This document shows positions 1 to 10,321 of a DNA stretch of 64,000 nucleotides, in pieces. A model generated the notes under the pieces. The model was not told the origin of the DNA. It did not search any database and worked only from the letters and a program-made list of their open reading frames with translations. This DNA comes from Lingula anatina (taxonomy: Eukaryota > Animalia > Brachiopoda), in assembly GCA_051362555.1 (NCBI GenBank), contig CM120645.1:18600001-18664000 (forward strand), read 5' to 3'. Every line of letters begins with the position of its first letter. The stretch's first letter is position 1. The translations under genes were made by a program, and so were the position numbers.

Positions 1-407
1 TTTGACCAAATAAACATGTCGAAATTTTGTAAAATTTACTCTAAATAATGGCGGTCCAGTAGTTTAGAAAATAAACACTTTCGACCACCGACTGAATTTT
101 CAAGTTTTAAGTGGTTGCTTAATGCTTGCTAGCCAAGATTTAGCTTATTTCAAAAATTGCTTTCAGTTTAATTTTTTTATTGCTAAACGGTGACCCCTTG
201 CCTTAATCATTTTCGCCTAATCTTAGACCCAAGCAGTAATCAATCAGGTAATATATAAGTCAATAAAACAGAGATGTAAGCATCTTCACCTCAGAGCTCA
301 GCGTAGCCTCTTCCCAACCAGTGCGATCCATTTACCGAGAGTGAAATAGCAGTTAACTAACAAGGCTGTATGGAAATTTACCGATAAAATTCCTTTACCT
401 TAATTCA

Positions 408-691
408 CCCGCACGAAAACGAAGTAGATGCTCCAGCGCAGTAGACTACTGCAATCATACTGCAAACATGCTTCAAATCTGCTTCGATGTGGGAGCTAAT
501 TAGCATATTTGAAACATGCTTCTATCATGCTGCTAATCTACTGCATTAATGCTCCTCCTCTGTACAACCCTATGTAATTTTTGAAGTAGAATTGCAGTAG
601 GCTATACTGCATTTCTACTGCAAATATGCTCCACACCACTACTGCGTTAATGCTTCTTTGCTACTTCGATACTACTGCATTTTCATGCGGG
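408..691. mobile_element. Non-autonomous DNA transposon (MITE) with CCC...GGG termini and 2-bp TSD (CMC/EnSpm-like), inserted in a splice acceptor
   Basis: Left TIR CCCGCACGAAAACGAAGTAG (408) versus reverse complement of the right end CCCGCATGAAAATGCAGTAG (ends 691). Flanked by CA (406-407) and CA (692-693). The interior has degenerate TACTGCA/ATGCT subrepeats. Confidence 0.7.
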
Positions 692-694
692 CAG

Positions 695-3600
695 GGTCTA
701 CGCGAGAGTTAATGGCGTTGTTCTGGAGGGGGCACTCCAAGGAAGCAAACCTCCAAGAAATGTTCCTGGATAACGACGCAGACCACTTGGCTGTTACAGA
801 GACGCCGGAGATACTGGCTATGCTGCCTAACTATAAAGACAAGGACGTGGTAGAGCTTGGAGCTGGAATTGGGTGTGTGGCATGGCCTGATTGAGCTTTG
901 AAATATAATTTTAAAATTCTGATTCATAACGAGTACTCTAAACTAGATATCGAAAGTTCCTCAATTTTTATAATCATTGAATCGCAACAAACAAACTAAT
1001 TCTAAAAATTAGTTAACAAAGCAAAGTTACGCACAAAAAGTAAGGCAACTCAAGATAGTCGGCACACTGGACCAAATCAGTGCCAATCTGAACATGAAAG
1101 CTTAGGAAAACTCCATTTTACAAATATTTTAGGCGTTTTACAACATCACTTGCTAAATCTTCCAAGAGTGTCGTAGCTGTTGATTTCATCCAAAACTTTG
1201 TTGAAAAGAATCGAGAGACAAATGGGCATTATGGCAACACGACCTTCACATGTGCTGACGTCACTCAGCTGGATCTGCCTTCTTCCAGGTAAGTTAGCGA
1301 CAGAATCAGACCAAGATCTTAGAGTTCATTCGAACATCTTGTGACACGCATACGTATTACTTTGTGCAAGTATGTTATCCTGGCATAAAGTTATTTGAGA
1401 CGAAGTTTAATGTAATTATTTTTTCAAACTGGCCCAAAGTTTTGTGTCTTAATAATTCACAGGAATTGTCCAATAAGGGGACGTTTAAAATGCGAGTGGG
1501 CGACATTTATCATGGGTCTGTCTCATATTCCTCAGAGGCCTGAAAGTTATGAATATGTGTAGATCCATCGTATAAATATCAACAATGATCAAAGTATAAT
1601 ACGTCAATTACAGTGCTGACGTCATTTTCTCAAATTGGCTTCTGATGTATTTGTCCGATGAGGAAATTGTCACCCTTACTAGGAAAGTGTTGTCATGGTT
1701 AAGGGATGATGGCTACTTCTTTTTTCGGGAGTCGTGCCACCACAGTTCCGGTAGGTTTTTTCATGTTTTTTTAACGTTTACTTTGCTAGGCTTATGGGTT
1801 TTGTGGTGATAAATTTGAATATGGCAATTTAAAAACTCATTTTTTTTTCGATATTTAGTTTTGTAAGTAAATATTTTGATTCAATACATAATTCTGAAGT
1901 CGTGACATTAATGGTAACCAGAACTCGGAACATGTTTAATGATGTTTAGTTAAATGAAATTAAACTGTGGGCAACCCTTCACTAAACAACGCCAATGACA
2001 ATCGCCTTTCCTTTTACACATATCAGCCTGTATAGTCATGAGTTTCTTTCACAGGCACCAAGCCATTGGTGGACGATTTCAACCCCACCGTGTATCGCAG
2101 TCCTGCGGACTACTCTCGTCTGTTGCAGTCTGTGACGTCACAGGCAGACGACGGTGCACCGTTTACATTCAAATTGGTTTATTCAACGAATGTCCAAACA
2201 TATGCAAAAGTACGTACAGCAGCGATTGTCTTTTTTTAGTAGTTTTTATTAATCGATAACATAGCATTAACAATTATTTATTGGATACAGGAAGTCGAAG
2301 ATATCTTTCCTGTGTTCAGAAAAAAAAGAATAAAGCTCTAGTCTAGTGAGATTTTTGAAAAAAGGCTCTGCATAAGAGGCAAGGGGCATTTTGGGGTAAA
2401 AGTTGGGAACCAGGCTTAATAGCAGAATTTTGGGATGCTGAATCCGATTTACCCGGTTCCCAAGCGAAATTTTGTGTTTTTAACGGTCTAATTTGCAAAA
2501 TAACAAAATGGCCGCCAGATTTCCTATTTTCTGCAATATCTCTGGAACTAGACAGGCAAATATTACAAATGAAGTGTCTTTACCTATATTTTCAGGGTCG
2601 AGGAACATTATTAAGATGTTTCTGTTAGAATTAGATTTACGCAATTTTCCAAAATATGCAAATTAGGATCGCCATTACTGAAAAACCGTTTTACTTCTGT
2701 ATCTCTGTAACTAGGCAAGCAAACATGACAAATGAAGTGTCTACACCTATGTTATCAGGGTCAGGGAATGTGATAAATCAGATTTCTTGTCTGATGGGTA
2801 GCACTGACTTTGTGAATCATGTCCGAGTAGCACATTTTATTGTTTCTTCCCTGTATCTGTCAAACACTAGTCAATCTGCTGATAGTTAGAACCTGCCTTC
2901 AGAACTGCTCTTACGTACGTACGTGTCAGCATAACTACCAAAGGTCACTGCATTGTCAGACCTTCCCAGTGAAATTGCCAGTGCTTGCCCATCAATTATA
3001 AGGCAAGATGAGCAGAGGCGGATCCAGGATTATTTGAAAGGGGAGTCCGTGGATGCAAAGCCTCCCCCCCCCCCCCCTCCCCACTTGGCAACGGGTTAGG
3101 GGCCTGTTGAAGGGCCACGAAAAATTTTGGTATTTAAGAGGGCGAACGGTGCCATTTGGTATGGTTTACAACTATGATTCAGCTGGTCAAAATTATAATT
3201 TCAAGGGGGGACCAGAATTCGAATGGGGGGGGTCAGGGCCCCCTTGACCCCCCCCCCCCCCCCCAAATCCGCCACTGGGTGAGGAGTCCTTTAGTTTAAT
3301 TTCATCAGGGCAGAATACATCTTCTCTTAACCTTCCTGTTACAGATTTGGCCTCAAGGAAATCGTTTAGAAGCTTGAGAAAATGCTCAGACTTGCTATTA
3401 ACACAGAAATGCTTTTCGTATCGTCAATCATTTAATTGGATTCAATAGAATATCAGAAGATTAAAGCAAAAATTCAAGAAATTTTGTTAATTAAAATGAA
3501 ACGATACCAATGGGTAACCAGTAAAAAGCTAATGGAAAAATCGCTGAAATGAATGAGTTGAGATGTCATAGTGCGTTTGAAGTATACAGATACATATTGA

Positions 3601-6246
3601 AATTTAATATGGAATATTTTAGTTTAAAAGGAAAGTGTTGATAATAAATTACCTTTTTAGAAAAATTGATCACAAACGACAATTGTGATCAGGTATATGT
3701 GTAGCCAGGTGTGTTGGTTATTGTTCATTAGGCTGCTTTCTCTGAAGCACGGTTATATTACGTAATATGTGGCAGTTTCTCTGAGCAGTCCTCTTTGGCT
3801 GGTTACAGAATGCGTATAAAAGGGCAGCAGTTATGCAGAATAAGTCTCTATATTTCGGCAGCGTCCAGTCAGAAGAGTTTGATATTTTTCAGACTCTTAG
3901 CTGACCTTACGGTATGTGAACTAACGGCAGCGACTTGCCACACTATTGTTGCATTATGTCAGAATGGACAGAAGCAAACTGCTATTGCCAGACAGCTGAA
4001 TGTGTCCTAGGGAGCAGTTTCTAACGTCTTACAGAAACACGCCCAGACTGGTGCATTAACACAGAGACCACGGCCAGGACGTCCTTAAGTCACCACCAGA
4101 AGGGAATACCGCTTGCTTCTGCGGTTATGTCGTAACAACCGGATAAAGACAACTCTTGCTGTACAAAATGAGTGGCAAATTACCATTCAAAAGCATGTTT
4201 CTAGAACTCTAGTGAATGCAAGGCTACTTTTAGCTGGTTAACTCTATGAACAGAGCAACATGGTGGGCTAGACGCCATTTGCGGTTCCAGGCACAGCACT
4301 GGGTTCATGTAGATTTTTACAGATGAGGCAGGGTTTGAATTCCACCACCGCGATGGCTGAATCAGAGTCAGTAGGTTTCCAGACGAGTTACTGCACGAGG
4401 ATTGTGTCACACTACAGTGACTTGTGGCCGTGGCAGTATCTCTGTATGGGCCGGTTTCCACTCTGGAGCCAAAACAATATTGGTGGCAATTGACGGAAAC
4501 TTCAACCAGATAAAATACAGGGACATTTTAGAGAGTACTTGCTGCAATTTGCAAGAAGGTACTTCCAGGACAACTTCATCCTGCAAGATGACAATGCCCG
4601 ACCACACCATGCCCATGCAATAACTGCTTTTCTGCAAAACCAAGAGGTAAACCAGTTGCCTTGGCCGACGAAATTCCCCTGACATGAATTCTATAGAAAA
4701 CCAGTGGGCATAAATCGCTAGCAGAATGAAGAGTTTACCCGTCCAGCCTACAAATCGGCACAAGCTTATGCAATCTCTGACTAATGCGTGTAACACAATA
4801 CTGGATCATACTCTCAGAAACCTCTCTGCATAGAATGAGGGCTCTGGTTGCAGCTAGAAGAGGCTGCACGCGTTGTTATCAGTTTCCATTTTTCACATTT
4901 GTCTTGATGATTCTTTTGTGTGAGAGAAAATCCTTACCAACTGATATTCTTGATAATATCGAGTTCATAAGAATTTAATACCTCGTTGTTATCAGCTATA
5001 AAATTATCCATGCGCTGTTTATAACGCTGATATGAATACGTATTTAAATTAAATTTTTGATGATGTATTCACACGGGTTGATTTATTAAAGCCATATCGA
5101 ACACGATAACAAGTGTTTTTTCATCCATTACTAATATATGGGAAAAAAGAAAATATGTTTGAAAAAAATCCATTTTAAATGTGAGGTCTGTACATTGCAT
5201 CACATGAATTACATGATTGGGCAAATCCCTCCATTGCATTAATAAGGTAATATTTTTTGCAATTGTGTACATTTGCAATATGTTTACATCCCAATGGCAG
5301 CGCAGTATTTAATTGCAAAATTCAATTCAGATTCGAATAATTGCTACAGTGTGACAGTGTAGCACTCATTGCTGAATTGATTATAGTGAAAATGTCTTAA
5401 TCACTTTCCCTAATGCTAAAAACATGGGTGTGGGCACTTAATATGTCATTTTTGCTTGCCTAGTTAACGCAAAAGCAGTTCTGAAGGCAGGTTCTAACTA
5501 TCAGCAGATTGACTAGTGTTTGACAGATACAGGGAAGAAACAATAAAAGGTGCTACTCGGACATGATTCACAAAGTCAGTGCTACCCATCAGACAAGAAA
5601 TCTGATTTATCACATTCCCTGACCCTGATAACATAGGTGTAGACACTTCATTTGTCATGTTTGCTTGCCTAGTTACAGAGATACAGAAGTAAAACGGTTT
5701 TTCAGTAATGGCGATCCTAATTTGCATATTTTGGAAAATTGCGTAAATCTAATTCTAACAGAAACATCTTAATAATGTTCCTCGACCCTGAAAATATAGG
5801 TAAAGACACTTCATTTGTAATATTTGCCTGTCTAGTTCCAGAGATATTGCAGAAAATAGGAAATCTGGCGGCCATTTTGTTTTTTTGCAAATAAGACCGT
5901 TAAAAACGCAAAATTTCGCTTGGGAACCGGGTTAATCGGATTCAGCATCCCAAAATTATGCCAATAAGCCTGGTTCCCAACTTTTACCCAAAAATGCCCC
6001 TACCATTCATCTTTTGTGGAAATCCCACTAGACTACTCCTGATTCCTTGGAATAGCCGTTTCAATATGGTCAAATAGGACCTAATGATAGGCCTAATGCA
6101 GAGAGCACATTTGCTCATAATAGGCAAAAATGAAAAAATGTTCTTCAAATACACGTTTCTTTGACTTCCAGATGAAACATAATGAAAACCAGATATGTTG
6201 GCTGTTCAAGAAAACGCGCAGAAATAAGGACGACATACACAGTTAA
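695..6246 (+). CDS. PEAMT: Phosphoethanolamine N-methyltransferase-like protein, N-terminal (MT1) domain only; 5' end incomplete or uncertain
   Basis: Exons 695-872, 1133-1288, 1614-1750, 2055-2209, 6172-6246 are all AG/GT bounded and phase-compatible. They translate to ...[17 protein letters not shown]...[12 protein letters not shown]...[22 protein letters not shown]...CADVT...[14 protein letters not shown]...[14 protein letters not shown]...NPTVYRSP...[11 protein letters not shown]...HS*, collinear with the first domain of plant/vertebrate PEAMT. About 232 aa. A possible 21-nt upstream microexon at 227-247 is unconfirmed. Confidence 0.9.
3013..3277 (+). mobile_element. MITE (CAG...CTG termini, G/C tracts) nested in the Academ-like element
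   Basis: CAGAGGCGGATCC...AAATCCGCCACTG ends with a 6-bp TSD GATGAG/GGTGAG. Removing it restores the Academ reading frame ([11 protein letters not shown]). A partial reverse copy lies at ~54290-54400. Confidence 0.75.
3905..4875 (+). pseudogene. Degenerate Tc1/mariner (DD34E-type) transposase nested in the Academ-like element
   Basis: Broken frames give [31 protein letters not shown]...RPGRP, then [25 protein letters not shown] and [13 protein letters not shown]-like motifs, with many stops and frameshifts. Element limits are approximately 3400-5360; the left TIR was not identified. Confidence 0.85.
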
Positions 6247-7277
6247 AAGACACCCAGCTGCACATACGTACATAAAGATAGGCCTACATAGGCCTACAGT
6301 ATTATCACGGGAGGTGCAGTTATGCATGTATATATTCGTTTTTGTCTGGAGAGTGGAGAGATCAAGTGTGGAGACGCCACTGTACAGATAAATGAGGCAC
6401 TCAATTTGGACAATTTTAACTTATTTATAGCGTGCCCAAAATTGCATTATCTGTGGACAGAGGTGAAGTAAGGTGTATTTTACAGTATTGTCGTCTGACC
6501 TAACGGCTTGGTATTGTTCAACACCAGGCTCATATTATAAGCTATTAAAAACGTGTTCATAATTTATATGCTAGGCCAACTCAGAGTTTAAATTTACATT
6601 TTTTTTTGTACTTTTTTTTGCCATTCATCTTTGGCTGGTGTTTGCGGACAAATAAGCATTCATTTCATGTGGAAATAGTTTATTTATGAACAATGCTCTG
6701 TTGAATTGGATCAAACTATTAAAGCAATATCTTTTACATCCTGCGGGTTTAATAGGATTCCTGATAAGGCTGATCGTGGCCATATTAATATAAAATTTAT
6801 ATTTCATTTTCTATTTCACTATAATTTGCATTTAGCAAACCATACTAGCATGGATTAATTGTGTAGGCTCAAAAACAGTGTTTCTAAAATAACGTCGCTT
6901 GAGTTCTACAGGTATTTCCACGATTTAAAAGTACTACTATTTTTTATTATTATGCATAGATTAGTTATTCACATGAAATATCAATCCGCCAACTAAGGTA
7001 ACACTGCCTTTGCCTCGACTCGATTCCACAGACAATTTGTCCAAAATCACATCAGTATAACTGACAGAGAATGTTTTCGCACAACTAGAAGCCATTAAAA
7101 TCAGCTACGTAATTCACACGTGTACCATAACATAAAAACCGAAATAATTATACATTATAAAAATCAGAGCACATGAAGCATTTAAGATGGGGTAGACATC
7201 TTTCATTCTTTGGTGGACATCAACAGTATCCTAATTCTTTGTCGAAACGTTTAATTTCAGCAAGCCGTTTATAGTCC

Positions 7278-9845
7278 CTACAAGAAAGGATTCTGCATAA
7301 AGTGAAATCCAATTTCTCTGCGACCATGTTGGCTATTTCCGCTTTGTTTCGTAGCGTCAATGTAAAACACGTCTGCCCCTATCAAACAGAAAGCTCCCCA
7401 GTAGAATGGATCAGCATACTTGGTTTTGTTTATTGACATAGCGTATGTGAGTGATGCTGAGGCCGACTGGCCGTTCAGGAAACTGGTGTAGAACTGGGTC
7501 ATGACCATTTCGGTAGCGTCATCGGGAAGTTGCCAGAGAGCCACGAGCACCGCCTGTGCCCCTGCTGCGAGGAAGGAACGCGCCAATCCAACGACCCCCT
7601 CTCCAGAGATAGCACCACGCGCGCTGTTGCAGGCGCTTAATACAACTAAATTTGCCCTCAGCTTCATGCCAATGATCTCGGCGTCCGTTAGCTGATAACT
7701 CTCTTTGGAGACAGATCCTAGGCCATCCTCAAAACCAATTGCTGGCGCGAGAGCCAGGTAACTTTCCTTCCATGACCCATGGCATGCGAAATGGATAAAA
7801 TCAGCATTTGGCAATCTGTGCATAACCTCGTCTTTCCTCGCACTTTCTCCTATTAGTAAGCACGCCCCTTGGAACATGTCGGCAACATTCCTCGCCTCCC
7901 TCTCCGCCCCTGGCAGGCGGACCAAATTCGCCCCTGGCGGAGTGGCAGGGTTGCCGATGACAAGAAATCCGGATGTTTTACTTACAGATGCTGGGCTGGT
8001 TTCTTTGACGTCATTTAGGTAGGCCAAAAGTCTGATCGAAGGGGCCAGCATCACGTGCGCTAGCTGGAAAATGTATTTCCTGGCAGTATTTATCAAAGCC
8101 GAGAACGGAACAAGAAAAAGTTCGGAGCTTGGGACGATTAGCAGTCGTTCACTGGATTCACATTCACCTCTCAGTATTTCTGCATTTCCCTCGAGAGGTT
8201 TAATAAGGAGGTTATAAACTTCTTGTAGAACATCCTTTAACTGGTCTCCTGCATTTTCTGTTTGTGGCTTATTATCCTCCAGATCTTCTGGTAATGCGTT
8301 CCTTTCGTCAGCGTCAGCACTTCTACTTTCCACCACTTCAACTGACCGACTCTTGGCAGCTATGTTTCCCTGCAGCTTGGATATGAGAGCAATAAAACTA
8401 TGCCAAGGGTAAGGGATAATTTTCCACTCCATTCCAAATGTACTGAGTCGTGGCACTATTACCCAAACCAGGAATCCTTCAAAAAGCTCGTTCTTGATAA
8501 AAGAATAAACAAGGGCAGTATGACAAAGGTGATTTAATACCCGATACATTGCAACCTCGCTTAAGGAGTGTTCTATGAACTTGAGAGCCCGGGTTTTGCC
8601 GTCTGTACCGTTGTCAGTTCTGCCGTGACTGGACACTATGCACCCGATGAGTGAGCTGGCCCGGTCTTGCTCAGCGGCCAGAAGTGCGTCTTCTCCCTTC
8701 TGGGGGGAACAGGCTAATACCAACTGGAGCATCTGACCACATTCAGTGAGGCGGTCAGAGAAAGCTAACCTGTGTATGTCTTTCTTTAAATTCATTTGGA
8801 TTACATGTAGGAACCCCATAGCTTCGTTTAAATAATTTGCAATCTTTTTCCCTTCTTCTGCCCGAAGTTTTAAATGTTCGTTGAATGTAAAGGAACGCAG
8901 GTAACTTAGTCCCAAGCTTAAATTCACTTCAAACAGCTTGAGTTTGTGATCCAATATGGCAAAGCTTTCTCTAGCTTTGTTTAATGCTTCTTGTTGGGAT
9001 TTTAGATCTCCCTTCTTACGATAGATTTCGGCCAAAGAAAGGCAAATTTCTCCCTCTACATTGTAATTATCCTTTGCCAAACCCTGAGCCTGAGATGCAA
9101 GCAGTAAAGCATCATCGAGCTTTGCCAAACCAGTAAGTACATCTATTTTGCATATATTAAGCCGCACTCGATCTTTCTTTGACATGACGAGTTCGTTGGC
9201 TTGCAACATGGTTTCCATGGCATGCATAAGTTGCTCTTGTTTCAACTGGTCATTTTTCTCTCCGATAGCACGGGCCATATGCAGTTTCAGTTGCGCAAAA
9301 ATTATACAGACTTTAGCGTGGTCTTTGGACTTTTTGGGAAGACGGGAAAGGACTTCATCGCAACATTGACCATAGTGCGAAGCAGCATCATAATCGTAGC
9401 ACTTATCAGAAGTGAAGACCTCCACCAATGCTCCATAAATTTTTGCTTCCCGGGCGTTGTCTCTCGCATTTTGGGCAATTTCTAACTGAGAGAGAAACGA
9501 TTTCACAGCATCGTCCACACTCCCTACTTGGAGGTAATATTTCCCAGTGACCAGAAGTGCTGAACGTTCAATGCGCGATAACTGCAAACGTTTGGCGATC
9601 TTCAACGCCTTTTTGATGTGACGAAAGCTGAGGTCAAACTCGGCACAGATAAAGTGTAGTTTCGATAATTCTTTATGTAAAAATGCAACTTCGGGACTTA
9701 TCGTCTTCTTTTCGTAGTGTTTCAGTACGTTTGTGAAGGCCTTAATAGCTAATTTTGTCCTTCCTGTGCTCTTGTGCTGAAAAGCCTCTCGGCTATCTTC
9801 GTGGAACTTCGAGTGCAAACAAAAACTCTCATTTGCGGAAGCCAT
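7278..9845 (-). CDS. TPR-repeat + CHAT (caspase-like HetF-associated) domain protein, TTC28-like, ~855 aa, single coding exon
   Basis: Open 2.6-kb frame. N-terminal helical TPR-like repeats and C-terminal CHAT motifs LLIVPSSELFLVPFSAL, LVIGNP, LPGAEREA, IHFACHG, LVVLSACNSARG, EGVVGLARSFLAAGAQAVLVALW, PFYWGAF. A splice acceptor (TTTTTTCAG, exon edge 9864) precedes ACCATGG at 9845, so 9845 is the likely start rather than the track's 9890. Confidence 0.9.
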   Translation of the reverse strand: MASANESFCLHSKFHEDSREAFQHKSTGRTKLAIKAFTNVLKHYEKKTISPEVAFLHKELSKLHFICAEFDLSFRHIKKALKIAKRLQLSRIERSALLVTGKYYLQVGSVDDAVKSFLSQLEIAQNARDNAREAKIYGALVEVFTSDKCYDYDAASHYGQCCDEVLSRLPKKSKDHAKVCIIFAQLKLHMARAIGEKNDQLKQEQLMHAMETMLQANELVMSKKDRVRLNICKIDVLTGLAKLDDALLLASQAQGLAKDNYNVEGEICLSLAEIYRKKGDLKSQQEALNKARESFAILDHKLKLFEVNLSLGLSYLRSFTFNEHLKLRAEEGKKIANYLNEAMGFLHVIQMNLKKDIHRLAFSDRLTECGQMLQLVLACSPQKGEDALLAAEQDRASSLIGCIVSSHGRTDNGTDGKTRALKFIEHSLSEVAMYRVLNHLCHTALVYSFIKNELFEGFLVWVIVPRLSTFGMEWKIIPYPWHSFIALISKLQGNIAAKSRSVEVVESRSADADERNALPEDLEDNKPQTENAGDQLKDVLQEVYNLLIKPLEGNAEILRGECESSERLLIVPSSELFLVPFSALINTARKYIFQLAHVMLAPSIRLLAYLNDVKETSPASVSKTSGFLVIGNPATPPGANLVRLPGAEREARNVADMFQGACLLIGESARKDEVMHRLPNADFIHFACHGSWKESYLALAPAIGFEDGLGSVSKESYQLTDAEIIGMKLRANLVVLSACNSARGAISGEGVVGLARSFLAAGAQAVLVALWQLPDDATEMVMTQFYTSFLNGQSASASLTYAMSINKTKYADPFYWGAFCLIGADVFYIDATKQSGNSQHGRREIGFHFMQNPFL

Positions 9846-10177
9846 GGTTACGTTTGCATACAATCTGAAAAAATCATATCGATATCGCATTTATGTTTGT
9901 GTCATCAACTCAAAATATAGAGCTTTCAATTAATTGCCTTATTTCTAAACACTGTGTTACGCAATGTAATTATATATTTTCATTCAGAAGGTCTTAGCTT
10001 AGATATAGCTATAATATTGCAGTAGAATGTGATGATTTATATATGTATAGTTTCAATTTGACATTTATATTCTATAATTCAATTATCTTCATATAAAATA
10101 TAAGTAACGAATACAGAGTACAGGCCCACCACCCCCCTTTTGCTCCCCCCCCCCCCCTCACAGAAACACTCACAACC

Positions 10178-10321
10178 CAGGGGCGGATTGAAACCTTTCT
10201 TTCGAAAGACGGTCAAATTTTCAAGTTTACATTGTTCATTCGCTGTAAGGTCAAATTTGGAGGATGGATCAACAAAGATAATTTGAATGACTGTCAGAAA
10301 ATAGCTCTGGATACGCCCCTG
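10178..10321. mobile_element. Short MITE-like remnant (CAGGGGCGGAT...ATACGCCCCTG)
   Basis: Terminal inverted repeats similar to the 3013-3277 element. No clean TSD. Confidence 0.4.

Larger units (their letters stand above)
2339..6035 (-). mobile_element. Academ-like DNA transposon (non-autonomous, ~570-bp inverted arms) in the last PEAMT intron
   Basis: Termini TAGTCTAGTG...CACTAGACTA with 3-bp TSD CTC (2336-2338 and 6036-6038). Inverted arms 2339-2909 and 5474-6035. A minus-strand remnant at ~2780-3400 reads [15 protein letters not shown]...TFGSYADTY...[14 protein letters not shown], resembling the XPG-like nuclease region of Academ transposases. Confidence 0.8.

Noticed and set aside
2656-5727. 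Twin 77-aa ORFs at 2656-2889 (+) and 5494-5727 (-) as duplicated genes
   Set aside because: They lie in the inverted arms of the transposon and have no protein-like features.
7278-9845. Bacterial contamination or recent horizontal transfer of the CHAT gene
   Set aside because: It has a splice acceptor, eukaryotic flanks and TTC28-like motifs. Lack of introns alone is not evidence; a phylogeny is needed.
9846-9890. ORF-track start MRYRYDFF for the CHAT protein
   Set aside because: It overlaps a polypyrimidine tract and acceptor; the ATG at 9845 has better context.
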